From Macrostomum hystrix (taxonomy: Eukaryota; Animalia; Platyhelminthes): a stretch of DNA of 64,000 nt. The position numbers were made by a program, and so were the translations under genes. The stretch covers positions 3,286,001 to 3,350,000 of the forward strand of contig CATNEN010000010.1 in assembly GCA_950097015.1 (NCBI GenBank). Direction: 5' to 3'. Every line of letters begins with the position of its first letter. Within the stretch, counting starts at the first letter, position 1. Positions 47,876 through 60,069 of the stretch are shown here, piece by piece. The notes below the pieces were generated by a model. It did no database searches. It had not been told where the DNA came from and worked only from the letters and a program-made list of their open reading frames with translations.

Positions 47876-50790
47876 GCTGCCCTATCCAAAACCGGCGTCT
47901 TTATTGTCGCCGCTAAGCGCACGCCATTTGGCGCATTCGGCGGCTCATTGAAGGACCACTCGGCCACTGACCTGGCCGAGGCCGCCTCCAGAGCCGCTCT
48001 GGAGGCCAGCGGAGGCGCCCAAGGACGCCGTCAGCTCCGTTGTGTTTGGCAACGTCATCCAGAGCCAGCGAGACACCGCCTTCCTATCCCGCCATGTGGC
48101 CGTCCGCCTTGGCCTGCCAATCTCCACGCCGGCCTTCAACGTGAACCGACTGTGCGGCTCCGGCTTCCAGTCCATTGTCAGCGGCACCAACGAGATTCTA
48201 GTTGGCGACAGCAGTATTGTGATCGCCGGCGGAGCCGAGAGCATGAGCGGCACGCCCTACGCTGTCTGGGGCGTCCGGTTTGGCACCAAACTGGGCACGG
48301 ACTACCAGCTAGTGGACCTGCTCTGGCACGGACTCATCGATCAGCAGATCAAGACGCCAATGGGTGTGACCGCGGAGAACTTGGCCGAAAAGTACAAACT
48401 GACCAGGCAGCAGTGCGACGAATTCGCCGTGCTGAGCCAGAGCCGCTGGCGAAAGGCGAACGCCGACGGCGCCTTCAAAGCCGAAATCGTGCCGATGCAG
48501 GTAAAACTGTTCTTATTTAAAATAAACAGTTTCTTTTTTGGAAACCCAAATTCAGCACTTTGTCCTGAATTCAAAGATCCTAATCCGTAGTCCAAGATTT
48601 GGATCCTTAACTCCTAGATAATGATCCGTAACGATATTTCGATCTCTAAAGTCAAAGATCCCGATTTTTATATTCCAGATCCCGATCCATTAAGACTAAA
48701 ATCCCGATCCATAACTCCAAGATCCCTAATGCTTAACTCCAACATCCCGAATCCTTAACTCCAAGATCCCTATTGCTTAACTCCAAGATCCCTAATGCTT
48801 AACTCCAAGATTCCTAATGCTTAACTCCAAGATCCCTAATGCTTAACTCCAAGATCCCTAATGCTTAACTCCAAGATCCCTATGCTGAACTCCAAGATCC
48901 CGATCCTTAACTCCAAGATCCCTAATGCTTAACTCCAAGATCCCGAATCCTTAACTCCAAGATCCCTATGCTGAACTCCAAGATCCCGATCCATAACTCC
49001 AAGATCCCTAATGCTTAACTCCAAGATCCCGAATCCTTAACTCCAAGATCCCTATTGCTTAACTCCAAGATCCCTAATGCTTAACTCCAAGATCCCTAAT
49101 GCTTAACTCCAAGATCCCGAATCCTTAACTCCAAAATCCCGAATCCTTAACTCCAAGATCCCTAATGCTTAACTCCAAGATCCCTATGCTTAACTCCAAG
49201 ATCCCTATGCTTAACTCCAAGATCCTTAATGCTTAACTCCAAGATCCCTAATGCTTAACTCCAAGATCCCTAATGCTTAACTCCAAGATCCCGAATCCTT
49301 AACTCCAAAATCCCGAATCCTTAACTCCAAGATCCCTAATGCTTAACTCCAAGATCCCTATGCTTAACTCCAAGATCCCTATGCTTAACTCCAAGATCCC
49401 GATCCATATCTCCAAGATCCCGAATCTTTAACTCCAAGATCCCTAATGCTTAACTCCAAGATCCCGATCCATAACTCCAAGATCCCTATGCTTAACTCCA
49501 AGATCCTTAATGCTTAACTCCAAGATCCCTAATGCTTAACTCCAAGATCCCTAATGCTTAACTCCAAGATCCCGAATCCTTAACTCCAAAATCCCGAATC
49601 CTTAACTCCAAGATCCCTAATGCTTAACTCCAAGATCCCTATGCTTAACTCCAAGATCCCTATGCTTAACTCCAAGATCCCGATCCATATCTCCAAGATC
49701 CCGAATCTTTAACTCCAAGATCCCTAATGCTTAACTCCAAGATCCCTATGCTTAACTCCAAGTTCCCGATCCATAACTCCAAGATCCCTAATGCTCAACT
49801 CCAAGATCCCGATCCTTAACTCCAAGATCCCTAATGCTTAACTCCAAGATCCCGAATCCTAAAACTCCAAGATCCCGATCCATAACTCCAAGATCCCGAT
49901 CCATAACTCCAAGATCCTGGATCCATAATTTCAAAATCCTGATCATTAACTCCAACTTCCTGATATTCTTCCTTTCGATTCTGGTCCTTAACTCCCAAGC
50001 TCTCTTGATTCTGATCTTCTAAATCCCGGTCCTAAATTCCATGATTACAAAATCCGAAACTTCAAGATCGAGAATCCCAAGTTTCGAATCTTAAATACTT
50101 ACATCGACCCGATCTAAGCTTTAGAGATTTCTGTACTAATCCTTAGGATCTTGATCCCCATCTCCCTTGCCAACAAGCTCGATTCCCATAATCGAACAGA
50201 AATAAACTTGCCGTTGCTGCCAGGTGAAGGGCAAGAAGGGCCCGGTGGAGTTCGCCACAGACGAGCATCCGCGCGAGGCCACGGCGGAGGCCATGGCCAA
50301 GCTGCCGCCTGTGTTCAAGAAGAATGGCGTTGTCAACGCCGGCAACGCCTCCGGCATCTGCGACGGCGCCGCAGCCGTTGTCCTGGCCTCCGAGTCGGCC
50401 GTCAAGCAGCACAAGCTGAAGCCGCTGGCCCGCCTGGTTGGCTACCACTTTGTCGGCTGCGACCCCAGCATCATGGGCATCGGGCCGGTGCCCGCCGTGC
50501 AGGGCCTGCTGGCCAAGACCAACCGCAGCCTGGCCCAAATCGACCTGGTCGAAGTGAACGAAGCCTTCGCTTCGCAGTACCTGGCCGTTGAACAGGAGCT
50601 GGGACTTGACCGCGCCGTTACCAATGTCAACGGTGGCGCCATCGCTCTGGGCCACCCGGTTGGCGCCAGCGGCAGCCGCATTATGGGCCATCTGGCACAC
50701 GAGCTGCACAGGCGCAATAAGAAGCTGGCCATTGGCACGGCCTGCATTGGCGGCGGTCAGGGCATCGCCATCATGATTGAGCGCTGCTAG
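47876..50790 (+). CDS. ACAA2: Mitochondrial 3-ketoacyl-CoA thiolase; exons 47876-48500 and 50224-50790; apparent +1 frameshift at about 48014; no genomic ATG at the start of the first exon
   Basis: GVFIVAAKRTPFG, NRLCGSGFQS (catalytic Cys), EVNEAFA, GAIALGHPVGASG, CIGGGQGIA. The intron joins PMQ|VKGKKG. Confidence 0.93.
48690..49920. repeat. About 22-bp minisatellite in the ACAA2 intron (TTAACTCCAAGATCCCTAATGC)
   Basis: Tandem copies with degenerate edges. Confidence 0.93.
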
Positions 50791-51204
50791 CAATAACTGC
50801 GTCTGGAATTATTGTCCATCTTTTAGAATTTATACCTTCGAAAGGTTCCGAAAGTCTATTTCTGGTGAATGATTTTGATAACAAAGTTTTATTCTACCAT
50901 GGTCGCTTGACAAAATCTAGTTTCGCATTATCTTAGGAAAGTTCATAATTTTTGGTGAAGCGGAAATGATCATATTCTTAAATAATTTTGACTGCAGTTT
51001 TTTGTCAAAATTGTTTTGCAACATAAAAAATTTTATATTCGTTATAAATTCGTTTGTTGATTCGTTTGCTTGTTTAATTGTACGAAAATAGAATAATTTA
51101 CAATTGAATAAATGATGCAATTTAAACGATAATGAGATATTACTGTTGTTTTCCTCTCCTTATAAAAATAACGCCAGAGTAGGTTTCATTTATTACGCAC
51201 GTCT

Positions 51205-53040
51205 GGGTTAGATTTATCACACCTGAGCTTGAATTATCACCCCTGAGCTAGATTCATCACACCTGAGCTAGATTTATCACACCTGAGCTAGATTTATCAC
51301 ACCTGAGCTAGATTTATCACACCTGAGCTAGATTTATCACACCTGAGCTAGATTTATCACACCTGAGCTTGATTTATCAAACCTGAGCTAGATTTATCAC
51401 ACCTGAGCTAGATTTATCACGCCTGAGCTAGATTTATCACACCTGAGCTAGATTTATCACACCTGAGCTAGATTTATCACACCTGAGCTAGATTTATCAC
51501 ACCTGAGCTAGATTTATCACACCTGAGCTAGATTTATCACACCTAAGCTAGATTCATCACACCTGAGCTAGATTTATCACGCCTGAGCTAGATTTATCAC
51601 ACCTGAGCTAGATTTATCACATTTGAGCTAGATTTATCACGCCTGAGCTAGATTTATCACCCCTGAGCTAGATTTATCACGCCTGAGCTAGATCCATCAC
51701 ATCTGAGCTAGATTTATCACATCTGAGCTAGATTTATCACACCTGAGCTTGATTTATCAAACCTGAGCTATATTAATCACACCTGAGCTAGATTTATCAC
51801 ACCTGAGCTAGATTTATCACGCCTGAGCTAGATTCATCACACCTGAGCAAGATTTATCACGCCTGAGCTAGATTTATCACGCCTGAGCTAGATTTATCAC
51901 ACCTGAGCTAGATTTATCACATTTGAGCTAGATTTATCACGCCTGAGCTAGATTTATCACCCCTGAGCTAGATTTATCACGCCTGAGCTAGATCCATCAC
52001 ATCTGAGCTAGATTTATCACATCTGAGCTAGATTTATCACACCTGAGCTTGATTTATCAAACCTGAGCTATATTAATCACACCTGAGCTAGATTTATCAC
52101 ACCTGAGCTAGATTTATCACGCCTGAGCTAGATTCATCACACCTGAGCAAGATTTATCACGCCTGAGCTAGATTCATCACACCTGAGCTAGATTTATCAC
52201 ACCTGAGCTAGATTTATCACACCTGAGCTAGATTTATCACACCTGAGCTAGATTTATCACACCTGAGCTAGATTTATCACACCTAAGCTAGATTCATCAC
52301 ACCTGAGCTAGATTTATCACGCCTGAGCTAGATTTATCACACCTGAGCTAGATTTATCACATTTGAGCTAGATTTATCACGCCTGAGCTAGATTTATCAC
52401 CCCTGAGCTAGATTTATCACGCCTGAGCTAGATTCATCACATCTGAGCTAGATTTATCACATCTGAGCTAGATTTATCACACCTGAGCTTGATTTATCAA
52501 ACCTGAGCTATATTAATCAAACCTGAGTTAGATTTATCACGCCTGAGCTAGATTCATCACCCCTGAGCTAGATTCATCACACCTTGAGCTAGATTTATCA
52601 CGCCTGAGCTAGATTCATCACATCTGAGCTAGATTTATCACATCTGAGCTAGATTTATCACGCCTGAGCTTGATTTATTACGCAAATCTGGGTTAGATTA
52701 TCACGCCTGAGCTAGATTTATCCACCTGAGCTAGATTTATCACGCCTGAGCTAGATTTATCACGCCTGAGCTAGATTTATTACGCACGTCTGGTTTAGAT
52801 TTATCACACCTGAGCTAGATTTATCATACCTGAGCTTGATTTATCACACCTGAGCTAGATTTATCACGCCCGAGCTAGATTTATCACGCCTGAGCTACAT
52901 TTATTACGCATGAGCTAGATTAATCACAGCTGAGTAGATTCATCAGGCCTGAGATAGATTCATCACACCGGAGTGAGTTTATTGCTCCTGAGCAATATTT
53001 ATTACGCCACTGCTAGTTTTTTTTTCACACCTGAGCTAGA
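51205..53040. repeat. 20-bp minisatellite (CTGAGCTAGATTTATCACAC) between ACAA2 and TOPBP1
   Basis: Tandem copies; a 300-bp higher-order duplication is visible at 51691 and 51991. Confidence 0.96.
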
Positions 53041-53189
53041 TTTATGATGCATAAGCTAGTGTTTTTCATACCCTAACAAGATTTTTCACTCAGTCTATCT
53101 TTTTACACCTGAAGTAGATTTTTTCATTACCTTAACAAAATTTTAATATTTCATTGTTTCACCTGAGCAAAATTTTTCACGTCCGGTCT

Positions 53190-53221
53190 AGTTATTTACT
53201 ATTTCTTTTCATTACTTTCAG
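53190..53221 (+). promoter_or_regulatory. Candidate trans-splice acceptor of TOPBP1
   Basis: U-rich tract TTATTTACTATTTCTTTTCATTACTTTCAG ending 45 nt before the ATG. Confidence 0.5.
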
Positions 53222-53266
53222 CGCACGGATAGCAACCCAAATACCTGTGATCCAGCACTTGCGAAA

Positions 53267-56200
53267 ATGGGCTTGTCAGGCCAGCAGCAGCAGAAGCAGC
53301 AGCCGCCTTCATCCTCGTCGTCAGTGTCAACGTCATCCTCAACAACCGCCGCCAGTCTGGGCACTGTGTACTTTGTTGAGCCAATCGGCGGCAGCCTGTA
53401 CGGCCTGCTGCGCGAAGCCTTCGGCCTCATCGAAGGCGAGGCCAGCTGCCTGGCCGCCTGGCTGCCGGAAAGTCAGCTGCCAGCCGCCCTGGCCAAACTG
53501 CAGCAGCGTGGCGGCTCCAACAGCCGGGCCTACTTTGTGTTCGAAGAATTTCAGGGCGCCGCCTACGAGAAGGCGGCCGCGGCGCCCGGCTGCCGCCTGT
53601 TTGGTGCCCAGCTGCTGCTGAACTACCTTCGCGAAGACCTGCCGCTGCCCAAATGGGAAGTGCCGCTGTTCTCGGCTGCGCTCAAGGATTTACAGGCTAG
53701 TGCAGATTTTGTGTCAGTTTGTTTTACTGATTACCTGTAGGTCTTACAAGTAGTTCCTCCTTTTTCTCTAGTGTCTCTTATGTCACAGTTCTATCTCTCC
53801 CCTGTAGCAGGTGTCTCCCCTGTCAACGGTGTCTCCCCTGTCTCCGGTGTCTCCCCTATCACAGGTGTCTCCCCAGATCACAGGTGTCTCCCCTGTCACC
53901 GGTGTCTCCCCAATTACAGGTGTCTTCCTTGTCACAAGTGTCTCCCCTGTCACAGGTGTCTCCCCTATCACAGGTGTCTCCCCTGTCACCGGTGTCTCCC
54001 CTATCACAGGTGTCTTCCTTGTCACAAGTGTCTCCCCTGTCACAGGTGTCTCCCCTGTCTCCGGTGTCTCCCCTATCACAGGTGTCTCCCCTGTCTCCGG
54101 TGTCTCCCCTATCACAGGTGTCTCCCCTATCACAGGTGTCTCCCCTATCACAGGTGTCTCCCCTATCACAGGTGTCTCGCCTATCACTATCTATCTATCT
54201 ATTTGCAGGGGGGCCCGGGGCACTTGTCGCACAAGCGACGGAGCGGCACGCCCCCAGACCGGCGAACTAGGCGCTTTTGCGCCCATCGCGCCGCCTCCCC
54301 TGAGCAGGCACCACACACAGCAGCACAGACCAGCCGGGGAGGGCAGGAGGCACCCAGAATAGGCAGCAGTGTCCCCCACCCCAGCCCCACACGCACATAG
54401 CAGACCAAGCCGGAAGGCTGATAAGAAATCAGTCCTCTGGGGGGGCCGGGTGATGAGTGTACACTTATCCAATCGCGCTGACGGAAGTCCAGAAAGCGCG
54501 CGGCGGTGTACACCCGCACTCCAGCCACCCCCCGCAAGGTCTCACGCCCCAGCGCCAACGCACACAACTCACACAACGCAGAACAGGCACACAGAAAGGT
54601 AGGAGCGAAGCTATTATTTCAAGCTTTGATTGCACGAAATATGGTGCACCTCCGCCGGTCGCTACTGTCCAAACCCCCCAACAAGTCCCGAAATTAATCG
54701 TGACTTAAAGGGTGAATCGAACTAGCGTCCTTTGGAGTGCGAGGCAGCGACGTTAGCCGCTGACCCACTCGCCCCCTTCTCGCCTATCACACGTGTCTCC
54801 CCTTTCACAGGTGTCTCCCTTGTCACTGGTGCTTCCCACCTTTCGGACATGTCCCTTGTTTCTAGTCTGTAGACACGGCTAATACATGTATATTAATACA
54901 GGTAAAACATGTATGAATGTATGACAGGTGTTGTCAATTTTGGCTGGTGTGATACTTAAAGCGTATGTTTATCCTTGTGTTAGCCTAATGCGCCACCCGC
55001 CACTCGCTCACCCGCAGATCTCTGTGTCGGGCATCGAAGATCGGTCCGCTGTGAAACGCAAAATACTCATGCTTCACGGCAACTTTCAGCCCGACCTCAC
55101 CGACGATGTCAACGTGCTGATCACCACCTGCACCAATTCCAAGAAATACCTGGTTGCTAAGCAGTTCAATATTCGAGTCCTGCTGCCCGAATGGCTTGAC
55201 GCCCTGCTGGTCTGGTCCCGGAACCACAGCCCGGTTGAGCCCTTTGGCCTGCCGGACTTCAGCAAGTACGTTGTGCCACCATTTCACAATGTCACAGCTA
55301 CCACAACCAATTTTGAGCCGGCCGAGAAGAATTTGATCCAGCGCCTGATTGAGAAGAACGGCGGCCGCTACAACCGGCTCATTGGTTATTGGCGAGTGCA
55401 CCCACCTCATTGTGAGCCGGCCCACCGGACAGAAGTTCCAGTACGCTCGCAACTGGAAAGTGAACTGCGTCAGCATGCAATGGGTGGTGGACAGCGACCG
55501 CAAGCAGTGCTGCCTGGACATTGCCGACTACCTGGTCACGGAGGACGCCAAGGCTGGCGCCAAGCCCAGCAACAGTTCCACTCCGGACAAGCAGCGAATG
55601 CCGCTGACTGGCAAGGCCGCGCCCGATGTCAGCTGCCTGCTGGACCCGGACCGGACTCGCGTCAACGAGACGGTGTCCGTCGGCGCTGGGGAGCGCTCCG
55701 TCTGCTATCCGTCATCCACTTCTGTGGCCGCTGTCGGACCTGTCGACAAGGAGAACAACTTCAGGGTGCCGGAGCCACCGCCACAGCCGCTTCGAGAGCT
55801 TCGCCTGCTGATCGCTTGCGGTCAGCCGGCTGAAATCCAACGCCTAGCGCTGATTGCGCGTCAACTCGGTGCCCAAGTTGCTTCAGCTGCCGCCGCGGCT
55901 TCCAATGTCGACGGCGAGGTAGACGTTGCCGTTGTGCTGGAAGCTGACCGGCTGGACGAGTTGCCGTCGGCCTTTCGATCCGGTGTCTTGGTGTCCAAGC
56001 AGTGGCTGCTGGATTGCTCCGAGAAGCAGCGACGCTTGGCCTGCGAGTCCTATGCGTTGCTATGGCGACAGCAGCAGTCGGCCACCGATGTGAATGATGT
56101 CAGTCAGAACCGGGACGCTGACGAGACCACGGTGAATCGCACGGCGATTGCCGCGAACGCAGCTGCGGCTGAAATGCTGGAGGAAAGCCTTAACATTCTG

Positions 56201-59147
56201 TGCGACTATGTCCGAGAGGAGGAGGCGCAGCGGCAGCAGCAGCAACAAGAGGCTGATTGTGAAGAGGCAGATGAGGAGACCCAGCTGCCGCAGGCGCAAA
56301 TGTCTGTAGCTGAAATGTCCACAGCTGCAGGCGTCATACCGGAGACGGAGCCCGCTGACGAGGCCGAAAATGGCGCTCCAGACACCCAGACATTCCTGGC
56401 CGGCCGTCGGGTTGGCATCCTCGGCCTGGAGCCGGCGGCTGCCTCAGCGGCTGCCCGAACCATCGCCCGGCTTGGCGGTCAGCTTGCCTCAGATTCCGAC
56501 TCCGCTGCCGAGCTGGACGTTGCTGTACTGCCTGTTGTCTATCAACGAGGCAGCGGCGGAGCCAGTGAGGCCTGCCTACTCGCGGCTGACGAGCTCGTGA
56601 CGGACGCTTGGCTAGCGGACTGCATTGAAGGTCCCGCAGTGCTGCTCGTGGATCCGGACTCAGAACCCTGGTACCGGCCCAGTGTCCTGCCTGCTGGCGC
56701 CTCTTCTAGGCCGCTGTCCGGCGTTGTACTGTGCGTCAGCGGCTTCGAAGTTCGAGATCGGGAGCGCGTGGCGGCTCTGGGCCGCGGCCTGGGCGCCATT
56801 GTACAGGACAATCTGAGCAGGGTGAGCAAGCCAGACAGACAGCTTCGCATCACCACCCACCTGGTGCTGGCAGCCGCGAACGGGCAGAAATACTCTGCCG
56901 CCATGAGCTGGGGCAGCGTCCAGTGCGTCAGCAAGCACTGGCTGGGCGAGTGCGGCCGGCTCGGACGACGCGCGCCGGAGATCGAATTTCACATCGACTC
57001 GCTGGCCGCCTACGAGGAACGAAAGCGTCGGGAGGCCGCCGCTGCTGCAGCAATGTCCGCAAACTCAATGTCATCAGCGGCTGCGGCAACAACAACGGCT
57101 GTTGCTATGGCAACGTCTACGATGGCTTCCGACTGCGTCCTGCCCGCAACCCAGCCATCTCCGATGCAGCAGCATCGGCAGGCCCAGCCGGTCAATCCTA
57201 ATCGAGCAGCCATGGACAGCCCCAGTGTGTTCCTCCACAGCGGCTACCGGCCTCGCTTCGATCTGCAGGCCCTGAGCGCCGCCCTGCGCAGCCCGGCGCC
57301 CGGACCTCCTGCCGGCACGCCAGACTCGGTGCAATACGCCCGAGCCAGAAGAAACATTCGCCAGACCTGCCGGGCCCAGGGCAAGCGGGAGCTGCTGGCC
57401 CTGCTACCGCCTCAGTCATCGGCTGCGGGCAACGCAGCTTCGTCAGCCGCTTCGTCTGTAGCCGAAGCCAACGGCGGCTTCGCCACGCCGCAGACGCCGC
57501 AGCAGGCGGCCGGCCTCCTGTCCGGGGTCACTGTCTACCTGAGCACTCGCCTGGGCGTCCAGAGATCCCGACTTGCCCAGATCGCCGAGTCCTTGGGCGC
57601 CCGGTCTCGCTGGCAGTGGGATCCGCGCTCTTGCACCCACTTCGTCTCCGAAGGTCCGCCAGCCCAGGATGCCGAGCTTCGCCGGGCGATGCAGCCAACG
57701 TCGCCGTCGTCAGCGTCACCCCGTCTAGTCAGCCCGGCCTGGCTGCTGCAGTGCAAACGGCTGCGGCGGCGACTTGACGAGCGCGACTTCCAGCCAACGA
57801 CCGATTCAGCGACCACGCCGCAGACTGGACAGACTCCGGTGCAGAGCCGGCACAACCGCCACCGCCACCACCACAACCCACCTCATTCCAATGCGCCTCA
57901 GCTAGAGAGACGAGAGTCGCGAGCCAGCCTTCAAGAGCTCAGCAGCAAACTCGACTGCTTTGGTGGAGTCGGAGGCGACAGGGGCGTCACAGATGATGCT
58001 GATGCGTTTGATGGTGCTGGTTCGCATCTGCTGCCGCACCCGCCGGTGCTGCAGCAGCCCCCGCTGCCGACAGTCGCCTGGCTCAGAATCGCGCGCGCCA
58101 GCTGCTGGACACTGAGCCCGATGACCCAGCCATCGGCGGTCCCGAGCTCGCCGGCTCAATCGCCCCAGCCTCGTCGGCTGTTGGAGTCGCAACCGCTACA
58201 GTCGCCTCCGCCAGCGCATCGGCTGCATCCGCCGCTGCCGCCGCTGCTGTTCGACCTCACGAGCCACTGCTAGTTGGTTGGCGCTACACCGACTCGGATG
58301 GCGCCGCCCCCCGCCGCAGCCGCCTCCGCCCTGCCTGCTCAAGCCGCCGCCGCAGCCGCCTCCGACCGAACCGCCTCGCCTCTTCCAGCTGACCGGCCTG
58401 AGCGGCCCCGAGCGCGACCGACTGGTCAGCCAGATTGCCTGCCTCGGTGGCTCCCTGGTCTCGGCCGAGTCTGACGATCCCACTCACCTTGTCTGCGGTC
58501 GCCTATCGCGCAACGAGAAGCTGCTCCGCTGCGCCGCTGCTGGCCGCTGGGTTCTCCGCTCCGGCTACGTGGAAGCCTCGGCCAGAGCCGGCCGCTGGCT
58601 GCCAGAGGAGCCCTACGAGTGGGGCAGCGGCGCCTCCGCTGACGCCACCGCTGATGCTGAGACCCGCGCCCTGGCGTCTGCCTGCCGTCGCTGGCGCCAG
58701 CGCGGCGGTCGGGCATTTCGCGACTGGCGCGTCGCCCTGCTCTGCCCGCCGGACAAGCTGGCCAGCTTTCGCCGACTGCTGGAGGCTGGCGGCGGCCGGG
58801 TCATCTTCGAGGGCCCGAATTACCAGCTGGCCGCCTCCTCCGGTCTCACCCACGCCTTCTGCCAGCGCGGCAACTACGCCGGCTGCGCAGACACGCTGGC
58901 CGGCACCGGCGCCCACCTGGCCTGGCTGCGCATCGACTTTATCGCCGCCCACCTCGTTGACGAGAAGCCGCCGGATGCGGCGTCCTACCGACTGCCGACT
59001 GTCAGGAAGCGGCAGGGCGGAGGCGGCGGCAGCGGCGGTGGAGCCGACGATGACGAGCTGAGCGACTCGACATCGACGACTTCCAGTGCTCGAGACGGCG
59101 GCGGTTCCGTGGCCACCCGAGCGTCGAAACGAATTCGTCGGCGTTAA
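53267..59147 (+). CDS. TOPBP1: TOPBP1 homolog; exon 53267-53695 (GC donor) and exon 55018-59147 with apparent 1-bp indels at about 55375, 58058-58062 and 58307-58312
   Basis: Ordered BRCT0-8: GCRLFGAQLL; LKDLQ|ISVSG; PPFHNVTATTTN; LSGVVLCVSGFEVRDRERV...THLV; DSPSVFL..YRPRFD; LSGVTVYLSTRL; FQLTGLSG...THLVCGRLSRNEKLL...EEPYEWG; AFRDWRV. Confidence 0.93.
53795..54187. repeat. 18-bp minisatellite (CAGGTGTCTCCCCTGTCA) in the TOPBP1 intron, resuming at 54778-54830
   Basis: Tandem copies interrupted by the SINE B insertion. Confidence 0.93.
54188..54777 (-). mobile_element. Full-length 590-bp tRNA-derived SINE (family B) with a 13-bp target-site duplication
   Basis: Minus 5' end AGGGGGCGAGTGGGTCAGCGGCTAACG...CTAGTTCGATTC (A and B boxes); 3' (ATAG)n tail. 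The direct repeat TCTCGCCTATCAC lies at 54175-54187 and 54778-54790. Confidence 0.85.
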
Positions 59148-60069
59148 TCATATCGTACAAAAAATGCGCGCTACTTACTACTTACTGCGCTACTTGTAGG
59201 TCAGTAGTGTCGATGCGCATTTTCTTTAATTTTTGCAGAAGATTTTAACCTTAAATTAGAGACTCATTCTAATATTGAAATCCTATTTTAAAATGCGCAA
59301 GCATGCCTGTATTTGACTATTTTATTTTGTACTTGTATTTTATTTTTAACTGTGCTGTCATGTGTTTGGACAGCGCAGTTGACTTCCAATGCCCTCTGCC
59401 TTCGATAGTAAATCTAAGAAGCTATTTCTAATAGCTCTATTTTTAAGTTGAAAATATTTTTGTTCACAATGGCTCAGTTTCGCAGTTTAGCTTAGCATAT
59501 TACTACAAGTAATATAGTTTACAGCATAGTTTGCAACATTCTAACCAGTCTATTTGAATGGCATTTTCAGTTTTTTATCTTGTTATTTGAGACTGTGAGG
59601 GGGCTAAATTTTCATGAATACTTTTCCATTGTTGGTCAGTTATTTATTTTTCTATTCCCATTTTCTTTTTTGTGCACTCTAAACTGTATTGAATAGTTTC
59701 AACTGGTGTTTTACTGCTAAAAAATTGTGCTTTTATTTGCTCTCTTTGGGTGCTCGCCAGAAGATTTCAGGCCAATGTGTCAATCTCTTCTTATATTTGT
59801 GCAATTTTCACTTTCTCGCGTATTGCTGCGTTTAAATGAAATTAAATAATCTCCTGAACCACACCCTCTACACCCGGTTTGTCTATCATTTTACAATTCC
59901 CCTTAAGAGTAACAAAATATGCGTTTTCTAAGCTTGTCATTTTTTTTCTCTAGATATTTTGCAATCAAAATCATAAACTCTTTAATCAAACCCTGCCTTG
60001 GCCACCGAAATTCGCTTTTCCTATTTTTTTTCTTACCGTAACATGGCTCAGTAAAAATTAATTGATCCT

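Noticed and set aside
54740-54777. tRNA genes at the SINE heads
   Set aside because: A and B boxes are present, but there is no complete acceptor stem and each continues into a SINE body.
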